Assembly: GCA_002269645.1 (NCBI GenBank)
Contig: NIVC01004456.1
Coordinates: 1 to 45,110 of the forward strand
Length of the DNA: 45,110 nt
DNA from: Macrostomum lignano
Taxonomy: Eukaryota
Direction of reading: 5' to 3'
Shown piece after piece: positions 10,301 to 22,065 of the stretch. The translations under genes were made by a program, and so were the position numbers. The notes below the pieces were generated by a model. The model was not told the DNA's origin. It made no database searches and saw nothing but the letters and a program-made list of their open reading frames with translations. Position 1 is the stretch's first letter, and every line of letters begins with the position of its first letter.

Positions 10301-13300
10301 TTGGAGCATGGCATGAATTCCCTTGGAGCATGGCATGAATTCCCTTGGAGCATGGCATGAATTCCCCTGGAGCATGGCATGAATTCCCCTGGAGCGTGGC
10401 ATGAATTCTCTTGGAGCATGGCATGAATTCCCCTGGACTATGACATGAATTTAACGCACCAGTCATGTCCTTGGTGAGACTGCTAGTGACAATAATGACA
10501 TCCTCGGCAACCGTGGCCATCTCCTTGATCACGATGTACACCAGGCGACGCAGGTGCACATCCTTGTTCTGGAACAGCTTGGTCATGGCAAAAAACGCCT
10601 CGGTGGCCTCCGTTCGGCCCAGCTGCTCACCCTGGCCAAGAATCACCAGCATCTTGGTGAGGATCTCAGTGCAACGCCGAACTTTCAGTGGTGTCTCGTT
10701 GAACACCCGGGCCTCCTGCAGCACGGTGCTCTTCTCCAGGCCGGTGTACAAGCTGGCTCGGCCTGGGGGATGTAAATACAGCCGTATAAATCAATATGGG
10801 AGCCTTAAACTGCACAGATCAATGAGATGAATGTAGAATTCTGCTTATTGCATGTCTTCTAGCTAAGCAGCAATAGTTAGTTTCATGTCCCAATCAAAGA
10901 TGAAAATAATTCACTCAAAGACATATTTTCTGCAAAAGTTAAAGATAAACTTCAGAAAAAAATACATAAGGGTCCATCAGCTTCTTTTACTTCTTCGCAG
11001 TAACAGTCGATGCTGTGACAATACATGTAGTATATTCACGTTCTTAAACAGCTTGAAGCATGGGTATTACTGTTATTGTTCAATAGACATTTATGCCCTA
11101 GCAAGGCACAACCACAGACACTCATTTGATGAAACCAAGCTTATCTGCCCGCAAATTTGAGAGCATTAAATGAAAGTTATGACTTAGACTTTCGTTCGAT
11201 TCATGCGGGCTTAAATGTTGGTCTATAATGTTAAAGGGATCAAGTGCCCACGGGGTAAAAAGGCCATGGCACAATACAGCATTTACAAACTGCCATACAC
11301 TGATTTTATTTACAGACCAAGCTAGGACAACTGAGTGATTCGGAGAGCAGTGCCAGTTTTTCCACTGCTGAAGAGGAACTGAATGAAGGACGCAGCTTAT
11401 GTCATGTGATAAAATTGGTGACTGACATTCCAAGGGTGCATTGAGCACCTCATTGTCAGAGTGCATGATAACTAATGTAAATGGCTTGCAGGAAATTGAC
11501 TGCTTTCAGGATCAAATTGATTGCAACAATAAGACACCTTAGCTATAGAACCCCAGAGACTCTCAGACTGCATGTCTTTTTAACATTCAAGACCAAATTG
11601 ACTGCTTTCGGGATTAGTTAGAAATGCTATATTATGAGTACTTATTGTACTAATAATTTGGTGCAAAATTGCTTATAACATCAATATCAAAAATGCTTTA
11701 CATAATATAGGAATGGTTATTTTACTAAGTTTAAATAGCTATATAACCTGCTATAAAGTAAAGTAGTTAGTATTTGTTGAATTTTCTTATTATTCAGCAA
11801 AACAAAGCTACAACTAGCTATTATGAGCCTATTGATTATATAATATTATATACATAATGTACATTTAGGCACAATGTTTCTTAAGTTATTATCTGCAATT
11901 CTTTACTTACTATTTTGTCTACCAAGTTTTTTCTACCAAGGTTCTTTACAATTGTGCAAGAGATAATAGCATAGTGCAATAACTAAAGTATTAAAATATT
12001 TATGTTTATTTTAATAAATTTAGTTTATATCAAAAATTGTATATATTAAATGCATGTGAAGTTTTTATATTCTAACTTTGAAAGGTCATTTGTATGCCAG
12101 AAATTCTTAGAAATTTATTATATTAGAAACTATTCAGAATGTGCAAAATAGTGCAAAACTGGATATCTACCAAAATTTTTAATGCAGAAAGCATAAGACA
12201 ATAACAGTTTTTTTATATAACAATACAATATAATATATATGCAGATAATGTAATTATCTTAAATTATGCAAATAGTAAAGACTCCTAGTTATCTTTTATT
12301 TTTGTACATTTAGCTATTTTCTTAGAAATTTATTGTTCAAATAGACATAGAATGGTGTATCTTAAATAGAAGATTTATCTATGTCTATGATGGTATAAAG
12401 TCTAACTATCAATTGGAAAGGTAGACTAAGTCAATGGTCAGTCAGTATAAAGCAGATGCACTGGAGGAAAAACTCAAGCAAGTTAATTACTGTTGTGCAA
12501 CAACAAACCATGGTTTGCCTGTCTTGTCACTGGTATCTATAAGACCACCCATTTATTAGTTTCACTAGTTGATAAATGGCAATCTATCTATTGAAACTTA
12601 TCAATTTTTCTATAAATCTATTATAAGTATTCATCATTAAACTAAATAGATACTACAAACCTTCAAAGAAAATAATTTAATACACAAAAGTAAAAGAGAT
12701 CTGGACTCCTTTTATATATTATCATTATATTCCAAGTGTACTCGTACCTAAGACCCTGGCCTTGTATATATTGGAATTGTGTACCAAGTGCATTAGGGAC
12801 CCTTTGTGTATGCCAGAATTTACTTTGGCAAAACCAAAGGTTACTTTCTTGACTATGGAAAGTTTATTTTTGTCTATGTATAAACTAGGATACAAATAAT
12901 ATTAAGATGATTTTAAAGTTTAGTATAAAATGCTTTTTATATTTAAAAAAGGTACAATCCTTAAAACATTTTTATCCAAGTTTTTCATATTTTGTCCAGA
13001 CAATAGCAAGTCAATTTGCCAAAAGTTAATTTGCTTAAAGCCAATTTGCCAAAAGCAAATGTTTTGCCAAAAGTTGTTTTGGTGAACAAATAAACAAAGA
13101 AAAATAAAAAATAAACAAATGAACAAATGAAACAGTAAATGTTAAATTTGAAACATTAAAATCAATCAATGACCTCATCTATGAACAAATAAATAACATA
13201 AAATGTTAAATATTAAATGTTAAAACCACTTGTCTTTTACAAATGCGGTAAAATGCTTGCATATTGTGGCTTACAAAGCAATAGCCTATTTTGAGAGGCA

Positions 13301-14150
13301 TAAAATTATGGAGTTTGCTGCATTATAAGCCAATCTTAATTCATTATTGATTTGTTGAGAAAAGAGTAAGTAATAATACTTTATATTCGTATATTACAAT
13401 TGTTTATTTGAAAAATATCTTTCTTGAGAAGAAAAAGTGTCTTTTGATAAATATTGGCTGAATACAACAATAGCTATATTGCATATATATGGGCAAATGT
13501 GGAAATTGTTTTGCAAAAGTTATTCTCCTTATATTTTTTATAAAAGTAGAAAACTTAAATAAACCAATAGGAAAATTTTTTCTATAGTTGATAATTATCA
13601 ATAAAAAATTATTGGCAATGACAAATAAAAAATCGAACTCACAACCTTACCTAGGCCTACATGACCCAAGTATCACACCATGATGCCAGAAAAGACTTCA
13701 AAAGATTGCCAAAGGCCTATTGCTATTTGAATTGGTGGATATCAGTTTCCTAATCAGGTTTTTGGCAAATTGACTTTCAGAAAAATGTATTCAGTGAATA
13801 AAATTTTGGCAAATAGTTTTTTGGCGAATCATCTAGTATTTGTAGCATTCTAGTATTCGGATCACTCACTTTATGGAAGCAATTTTGACTAGGCCTAGAG
13901 ATTCATTGTCATTAAGTTATTTTCTTATATTAAATAGAATCCATAAATGCATAATCTAAGACAAATGTCTTAATGATTAACTTAAATAACGATACACACA
14001 TATTTTACTAATATAAACACAAAGCTGCATTAAAGAAGTGCATGTGCATTACATTGCATTGCATACAAAAAATGTGATTGTTGTTTCAATTTCATTTGAA
14101 TGTTTCAGAAGCAACTCACCTTCTTCTTCATCTTTTTTATCACGACGCAT
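4390..14150 (-). CDS. COPG: Coatomer subunit gamma (COPI); complement(join(4390..4932,5057..5447,6242..6511,6616..7023,7172..7461,9613..9992,10460..10762,14120..14150)), 871 aa
   Basis: Recognisable gamma-COP motifs [111 protein letters not shown]. All 7 introns are GT-AG with compatible phases; total 2616 nt = 872 codons, the expected length for this family. Confidence 0.97.
5609..6248. repeat. 22-nt minisatellite (about 26 copies) plus a 29-nt duplication of the donor site in COPG intron 6
   Basis: Unit GTCTGACCAGAGCAGCACCCAA. On the minus strand CTGCTCAG|GTGAGTGTTTGGGACCAGGTG occurs twice (donor G at 6241 and 6212). Confidence 0.95.
7475..9582. repeat. About 2.1 kb purine-rich satellite filling COPG intron 3 (21-nt and 12-nt monomers, about 295-nt higher-order unit)
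   Basis: Monomers GGGAATTGAGGGGCGATTCTCAA-type and GGGAATTGAGGA. Blocks near 8937-9231 and 9232-9526 repeat almost identically (identical ORF text in the track). Confidence 0.96.
10064..10450. repeat. 22-nt minisatellite (about 17 copies) in COPG intron 2
   Basis: Unit GGAGCATGGCATGAATTCCCCT with point variants. Confidence 0.95.
13008..13776. mobile_element. Possible degenerate foldback/MITE-like element in COPG intron 1
   Basis: Perfect 17-bp inverted repeat AAGTCAATTTGCCAAAA (13008-13024) / TTTTGGCAAATTGACTT (13760-13776), with extra TTTGCCAAAA copies on the left and TTTTGGC(A/G)AAT copies on the right. No target-site duplication or transposase seen. Confidence 0.3.
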
Positions 14151-15690
14151 TTTGAGTTTTTATTACAATAAGCTGACCTAATTTCAGAAAACTATTTTAC
14201 TAAGAATAGGATTAATCAGTAAAGTAAGCTTTCGACTTCTTGAAGCTGATCTGAAGTCACGACCACGAGCTGAATTGCGCTTTACGAGTTCTTAGAATTT
14301 CGCTTCGTCAGCGGCGTTTGAAAATGTCAAAGAAAATTAGGTGTTTAACAAAGGTTTCTTACTAAAACCAAATTTTCAGATGATTCACACATAAACTCTT
14401 TTATATAAAATAAAATTATTCAACCTATAGTAGTCCTAATGATTGTTTCAACCATCCACGGAAGTAGGACGTTCTTTTTTAAACAATATTCGAATTATGG
14501 CGAATGGAAAACTATCAATAAAACCATCAATAAATTGTATATAAATTTGCCTCTACATGTACATTTCCGTTTTCAGCTTATACTCTTGCACGCAGAAAAT
14601 TGTTTTCTTGCATGTACAGAACTTCTGAGTCCTTCCTTAAGAATAAAAATCAAAAGTGAAGAAACGAAAAAACCTCAGTATTTAGCTATTTAACCTGAGA
14701 AAGGTAAAATTTTATTTAATTCAAAATCAACATCACAGTCAACATGGAAGAACATTGAACACAGCGCACCTTTATAATTGCTTGAAATCTTGAAACGTAG
14801 TAGCAAGAAGTCGAGGAATGGAAGAAAGCAGTCTGCAGCGATGCACGTAATGAATCGCGGGATGGCACCCTAAAATTACCATAGCGTACCAGCTAAATTG
14901 TTGGCAACGGAGCAACGATAGCTAAATTTACAATTCTTTAAAAGTAATTAGTGTTATACAGTGCTAATTATTTTTAATAATTTCAACTATGGTCGAAACA
15001 ACTTTTTTCAAAGTGAAGAAGTGGTCTTTAATTACCAGATCGCGGTTATACTGTAAAAACTAGGTGTGAGATAACCATAACTTAACAAAGAAGTTCAGCA
15101 AGATTTAAACAAGTAAATTACGAAGTATAGCTATTCTCGCAAGCCATGTGTCGGCAAGAAATTACCAAGCAAAAAATGGAAACACAACGGATAGAAACTG
15201 ACTTTTTGTTCTTAACTCGAAAGAACCAAAGCCTTCAAAGTGCGAGGAAGCAGCTGGCGGAACAGGTTAGCAGCCATTTCAGACAAATTAGATCAAACAA
15301 TTAGAGATTCGACACATTAGCGGTGAATGCATTTGGACACTGCAGCCAGGAATGGAAAGAAAACACCTGCACAAAAAGCATCTCACACAGTCCCGGGGTA
15401 CTTAAAAAGCCACGGCTAAAAGTCTCCAAAAGCAAGCTATGGCCCAAGTTATAGAAGCTTAAATCTTCATGAACATTTTTACTGAATTATTTGATGGACA
15501 CAAGAGAATAGTAAACACGGTACACACCAAACAGACGCACACATATAGACAGACTAAAATGTTTGAACTCATTAGCCTATGACCTGCAAGCAGTGACAAC
15601 AGAAACACACACACAGGACTCAATCGCAGGTGACACAGAAAAGTCTGGGCAGGAATTGTGGAGGCATGAATTGTGTGGCAGCCCGGGCTG

Positions 15691-18600
15691 TCAATCATCC
15701 GACACGGAGCGCCTGACGGTGACGGACTCGGAGAAATGGCGCACCCGGTGAGAGGCGAAGTCGGATTCTCGGGCCGGTAGCGCTTCGAGCTGCAGCGGCT
15801 GCCGATGCCGGCACTGCCTGCCGCTGCTGCTGCGAGCTGCTTGACCGTCTCCTGCGGGAGAGATTCGAACTCGTGAGCAGAATTCTAAGTTTCAGTTTAC
15901 GCATGTGTCAGGAAATCCGTGAGTGTGTCATCTAGTCTGAGTATGTCAGGAAATCTGTGAGTGTGTCATCTAGTCTGAGTATGTCAGGAAGTCTGTGAGT
16001 ATGTCAGGAAATCTGTGAGTGTGTCATCTAGTCTGAGTATGTCAGGAATCTGTGAGTGTGTCACCTAGTCTACGAATGTGTCAGAAAATCTGTGAGTGTG
16101 TCAGGAAATTTGTGAGTGTGTTACCTAGTCTGCGAATATGTCAGGAAATTTGTGTGTGCCACCTAGTCTGTGAATGTGTCAGGAAATTTGTGTGTGCCAC
16201 CTAGTCTGTGAATATGTCAGGAAATTTGTGTGTGCCACCTAGTCTGTTAATGTGTCAGGAAATTTGTGTGCGCCACCTAGTCTGTTAATGTGTCAGGAAA
16301 TTTGTGTGTGCCACCTAGTCTGTGAATGTGTCAGGAAATTTGTGTGTGCCACCTAGTCTGCGAATGTGTCAGGAACAGTGCTGGATGAAATCAGGCCCAT
16401 AGAGAACTGACATTGATGCAACAAGAAATCGACAACCAATTTGGCGCAAAACACAAACTGGATACCGCGAGAAAAGGATTCGGGAACACTTTCTAAACTA
16501 GCCAATTTGGGTCAGTAAAACATGCAGAATGCACAGCAGGCCGGGCTTAAACGCAAGCGTAAACATGAAATTAAATAACATTAATAAGAATAGCTCGTAT
16601 AAATTTAATAACAGTTCAATTTAAATTTAAACTAATCATCCAGTACTCGTACTTGCAGGACTACTGTGCGATCCAAGCATTAAACTCGATTCCAAATTTA
16701 CTATGTTGTTGAAAATTTGCACTTTTACCTACGATTGAATACTATAATCTGCACTTTTATCTCCAATCTGCAATCAGACGCTAGAATTTGTACTTTTATC
16801 TCCAATCTGCAATTGGATACTATAATCTGCACTTTTATCTCCAATCTGCAATTTAGACGCTAGAATTTGCACTTTTATCTCCAATCTGCAATTAGACGCT
16901 AGAATTTGCACTTTTATCCCCAATCTGCAATTTAGACGCTAGAATTCGCACTTTTATCTCTAATCTGCAATTGGATACTATAATCTGCACTTTTATCCCC
17001 AATCTGCAATTTAGACGCTAGAATTTGCACTTTTATCTCCAATCTGCAATTTAGACGCTAGAATCTGCACTTTTATCTCCAATCTGCAATTTAGACGCTA
17101 GAATTCGCACTTTTATCTCTAATCTGCAATTGGATACTATAATCTGCACTTTTATCCCCAATCTGCAATTTAGACGCTAGAATTCGCACTTTTATCTCTA
17201 ATCTGCAATTGGATACTATAATCTGCACTTTTATCTCCAATCTGCAATTTAGACGCTAGAATTTGCACTTTTATCTCCAATCTGCAATTGAATACTATAA
17301 TCTGCACTTTTATCCCAAATCTGCAATTAGACGCTAGAATTTGCACTTTTATCCCCAATCTGCAATTTAGACGCTAGAATTTGCACTTTTATCTCCAATC
17401 TGCAATTAGACGCTAGAATTTGCACTTTTATCTCCAATCTGCAATTTAGACGCTAGAATTCGCACTTTTATCTCTAATCTGCAATTGGATACTATAATCT
17501 GCACTTTTATCCCAATCTCCAATTTAGACGCTAGAATTCGCACTTTTATCTCTAATCTGCAATTGGATACTATAATCTGCACTTTTATCTCCAACCTGCA
17601 ATTTAGACGCTAGAATTTGCACTTTTATCTCCAATCTGCAATTGAATACTATAATCTGCACTTTTATCCCAAATCTGCAATTAGACGCTAGAATTTGCAC
17701 TTTTATCTCCAATCTGCAATTAGACGCTAGAATTTGCACTTTTATCTCCAATCTGCAATTAGACGCTAGAATTTGCACTTTTATCTCCAATCTGCAATTA
17801 GACGCTAGAATTTGCACTTTTATCCCCAATCTGCAATTTAGACGCTAGAATTCGCACTTTTATCTCTAATCTGCAATTGGATACTATAATCTGCACTTTT
17901 ATCCCCAATCTGCAATTTAGACGCTAGAATTCGCACTTTTATCTCTAATCTGCAATTGGATACTATAATCTGCACTTTTATCTCCAATCTGCAATTTAGA
18001 CGCTAGAATTTGCACTTTTATCTCCAATCTGCAATTGAATACTATAATCTGCACTTTTATCCCAAATCTGCAATTAGACGCTAGAATTTGCACTTTTATC
18101 TCCAATCTGCAATTAGACGCTAGAATTTGCACTTTTATCTCCAATCTGCAATTAGACGCTAGAATTTGCACTTTTATCTCCAATCTGCAATTAGACGCTA
18201 GAATTTGCACTTTTACCCCCAATCTGCAATTTAGACGCTAGAATTCGCACTTTTATCTCTAATCTGCAATTGGATACTATAATCTGCACTTTTATCCCAA
18301 TCTGCAATTTAGACGCTAGAATTTGCACTTTTATCTCCAATCTGCAATTTAGACGCTAGAATCTGCACTTTTATCTCCAATCTGCAATTTAGACGCTAGA
18401 ATTCGCACTTTTATCTCTAATCTGCAATTGGATACTATAATCTGCACTTTTATCCCCAATCTGCAATTTAGACGCTAGAATTCGCACTTTTATCTCTAAT
18501 CTGCAATTGGATACTATAATCTGCACTTTTATCTCCAATCTGCAATTTAGACGCTAGAATTTGCACTTTTATCTCCAATCTGCAATTGAATACTATAATC

Positions 18601-21600
18601 TGCACTTTTATCCCAAATCTGCAATTAGACGCTAGAATTTGCACTTTTATCCCCAATCTGCAATTTAGACGCTAGAATTTGCACTTTTATCTCCAATCTG
18701 CAATTAGACGCTAGAATTTGCACTTTTATCTCCAATCTGCAATTTAGACGCTAGAATTCGCACTTTTATCTCTAATCTGCAATTGGATACTATAATCTGC
18801 ACTTTTATCCCCAATCTGCAATTTAGACGCTAGAATTCGCACTTTTATCTCTAATCTGCAATTGGATACTATAATCTGCACTTTTATCTCCAATCTGCAA
18901 TTTAGACGCTAGAATTTGCACTTTTATCTCCAATCTGCAATTGAATACTATAATCTGCACTTTTATCCCAAATCTGCAATTAGACGCTAGAATTTGCACT
19001 TTTATCTCCAATCTGCAATTAGACGCTAGAATTTGCACTTTTATCTCCAATCTGCAATTAGACGCTAGAATTTGCACTTTTATCTCCAATCTGCAATCAG
19101 ACGCTAGAATTTGCACTTTTATCCCCAATCTGCAATTAGACGCTAGAATTTGCACTTTTATCTCCAATCTGCAATTGGATACTAAAATTTTCCATTTTTT
19201 CTTATCTGTAATCGGACACTAGACTTTGCACACTTTTATTCTCAAAGCTACAGTTGCTTTCTTATACCCCAACTCCTGCCTAACTCAAAAAAATCTTAGA
19301 AAGACTAATTAAATCAGCTCTATCAGGCGAAAATCATTGATCCAAATCAAATATAATGAGGTTAGAAAAATAAAATCAGACACAAATGCCTCAGAGGCAT
19401 AAACATTACCTGTCGCCGTTTAGCCTGAAACGGGCGAGAACGATTTGCATCAATATTTTACAGCAGAAACACCTTGCTGACTACTGACTGCACTGAGCAA
19501 TGGAATTCGTTAAGACTCTATGCCAACACCACGGATACAGACAGGAACTGCAGCGAGGAAGCCGCGATAAAAGACAGGCAGATCTGATCAATCAGTGACA
19601 AGCAGTTGGGGTGGCAAAGTTACAGCTGACTCAATGGAGTTCTGCAAACCGCACCCCAGTCTTACATGTACATTACGGAGCGCGGTTTCCCTAACGGAGC
19701 AACGTTCAATCACAGCAAACTTCAAGAGCACAGTCAAGATAATCTACTGCTGCGTGGACTGAATTCTTTGAGCCTTGCTGAGCTCTTTCCATCAACAATA
19801 GACAGTTCGAGTCTTCAGAGATTGGGAAGAGACAGTCAGCATTGGTTGCAACTCCAGTTACAGTCTGAGGCAAGTCTGCAGGGATGGGGAAGAGACAGTC
19901 AGCATTGGCTGCAACTCCAGTTACAGTCTGAGGCAAGTCTGCAGGGATGGGGAAGAGACAGTCAGCATTGGCTGCAACTCCAGTTACAGTCTGAGGCAAG
20001 TCTGCAGGGATGGGGAAGAGACAGTCAGCATCAGCTGCAACTCCAGTTACAGTCTGAGGCAAGTCTGCAGGGATGGGGAAGAGACAGCCAGCATCAGCTG
20101 CAACTCCAGTTACAGTCTGAGGCACTCACTGGCGTCGGCGGAGGACGCCGCAGCCTTGAGGCCGCAGTGCAGGCCGATGCCCGACAGGCACAGGGCCATG
20201 CCGGCCCAGTTTACCGGGTTGATGACGTCATCGTTGATGCCGGCCGCCAGGACGATGGTGCAGACCTCCTTGAAGATGCCAGACACGGACAAGGTGAGGG
20301 AGCTGGTGCGGCTCAGCAGCAGGTACTCGGAGCATTCCAGGCCGAATGCGAGAAAGGCGCCAACCAGAAGGATCCGCACCGTGCCAAAGGCGGCCGTGGC
20401 GCTGGAGGCCCGGAACAGATTGGCCGTGGTGGCGATCTCCGTGCCCTCGAATGCCACGGACAGAGGCAGCAGCACCAGCACCATCCAGGGCTGCACATGG
20501 TAGATCATGTCCACCGGGTTCGCCAGCCCGAGCTCCGCCCGCTGCGTCACCACCTGGGCGGTGGTCCAGCGAATCCCCGACACGAACGAGGCGGACAGCA
20601 CAAGCAGGAAGCCGCCGGTGTGGAACTGCGTGCTCTTGTAGGTGAACAGGAACAGCCCCACCGCGATCAGCAGGATCACCAGCACAAGGCTCCAGCGCTG
20701 AGGGAGGGGCGACCGCATCTCAGGTGGCATTCCTGGCTCTCAGACTCTACCACTGATTCTACCTCTCTCTATTTCTGACTCTGATTGGCTGACTCTCTGC
20801 ACCTGACTGGCTGACTCTCTACACCTGACTGGCTGACGCTACATCTGACCGACTGACTCTGCATCTGACTGACTGACTCTCTACATCTGATTGGCTGACT
20901 CTGCATTTGACTGACTGACTCTGCATTTGACTGACTGACTCTTTACATCTGACTGGCTGACTCTGCATTTGACTGACTGACTCTGCATTTGACTGACTGA
21001 CTCTGCATTTGACTGACTGACTCTCTACACCTGACTGGCTGACTCTCTACACCTGACTGACTGACTGTTATGTTTTCTGCTTTTTGTAAGACAATAATTC
21101 CAGTCTCGATAGACTCTTCTAAATCAACGACATTAAAGTCGAAGTCCGTGATGTTTAATTGAAGCGAGTTACCAGCGTACTTTATATTTTTTCCTGCAGC
21201 CGCAACTTGTTCTTTCTTTCTATTTTAGTCGCGGCTCATTAAGGGCACTCAAGTCAAGCACATAAGACATGAGCACTGTAATGCATAACACAAATGAAAA
21301 ATAACGTGCGTCGTATACGCAATAGTTAAATTAGAGCATATACAACACTGACTCTCTACATCTGACTGGCTGACTCTGTATTTGACTGACTCTAACTCTG
21401 ACTCTCTACCCCTTGTCTCCAGACCTTTTTTGACTCTCCCCCACTGACTCTACCACTGATTATCCGAGGAGCTCCCTTTATCATAACACGTAACTCTCCC
21501 CAGCACTCTTTTCTCCTGACTCTCAGCACCTTCTTGACCCTCCTTGCTGACTCAGCTTCATGAAACCAATCGCTCAAAGGGCACCAGAAACACCCAGCCT

Positions 21601-22065
21601 GTAACTTTTTACCTTCTCCTCAAGCCGCAGGTAGATAGCGAACAGCAGGATGAAGACCACGGCAGTAGACTTGGTCATGGTGTACAGCGACACCGTGACA
21701 AACTCGAAGCTCCAGTTGGACAGGCCGATGTCCAAGGAGCTGGCAATGCCGGCCGGGGACACCCGGCGGCAGTAGGCGGCCCAGCACAGTTCCAGTCGGT
21801 GGCAGCCGGTCAGCTGCTCCACGACCTGGCGGATCAGCCAGGCCAGGAGGAATTTCACGCACAGGTGCAGCACGGTGATGGACAGGGGATACGGGTACAG
21901 GGTGATGTACTTCTTGTTGTAGAAGGTCAGCGTGATGGAGAAGCTGTAGAACACTAGAATCAGCACAAGGGTGCGCAGGGCTTCTAGCAGCATGTTGGCA
22001 CGAGATGCGCGCCCTGAGTGCTGAGAGTGCTCAGCCATGCTGAGTTGCTGGTACCGCTGTGTCAT
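15691..22065 (-). CDS. SLC35C2: Solute carrier family 35 member C2-like nucleotide-sugar transporter; complement(join(15691..15851,20130..20697,21613..22065)), about 393 aa
   Basis: Motifs FSITLTFYNK, DIGLSNWSFEFVTVSLYTMTKST, GLFLFTYKSTQF, SGIRWTTAQV, NPVDMIYHVQPWM, SSLTLSVSGIFKEV. Exons 1-2 are firm. Exon 3 is inferred from a strong acceptor (tctctcccgcag|G at 15852), matching phase 1, GC3-rich codons and a stop at 15691. The start could be the ATG at 22065 or at 22038. Confidence 0.88.
15903..16375. repeat. About 35-37 nt degenerate minisatellite
   Basis: Unit approximately ATGTGTCAGGAAATTTGTGTGTGCCACCTAGTCTGTGA, about 13 copies drifting along the array; lies about 50 nt upstream of the putative SLC35C2 exon 3 acceptor. 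Confidence 0.9.
16722..19185. repeat. 39/40-nt satellite (about 62 copies) with higher-order structure
   Basis: Unit TAGACGCTAGAATTTGCACTTTTATCTCCAATCTGCAAT alternating with TGGATACTATAATCTGCAC... variants; repeated ORF text at offsets of 393 and 1298 nt. Confidence 0.97.
19813..20123 (-). repeat. 63-nt minisatellite (about 5 copies) starting just inside SLC35C2 intron 2, each with a polypyrimidine+AG acceptor
   Basis: Minus-strand unit ...CTGTCTCTTCCCCATCCCTGCAG|ACTTGCCTCAGACTGTAACTGGAGTTGCAG...; acceptor G at 20065, 20002, 19939, 19876 and a variant CTCTGAAG at 19813. Confidence 0.93.
20755..21066. repeat. Degenerate (CTGA)-rich 19-25 nt tandem repeat in SLC35C2 intron 1
   Basis: Repeated CTGACT(G/-)GCTGACTCT(CTACA/GCATT) units; decayed copies also near 21345-21550. 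Confidence 0.85.

Noticed and set aside
11122-11466. 114-aa ORF in COPG intron 1 as a nested gene or transposase fragment
   Set aside because: No motif recognised and the flanking frames are full of stops; left unannotated.
15563-15845. Plus-strand ORF with possible TGA readthrough (selenoprotein)
   Set aside because: Better explained as the antisense of the SLC35C2 terminal exon; no SECIS element identified.
19666-20778. 370-aa plus-strand ORF and similar antisense ORFs (4318-4788, 6528-7022, 10465-10830, 21544-21957, 39136-39708)
   Set aside because: Shadows of GC3-rich sense exons on the opposite strand, extended by repeats.
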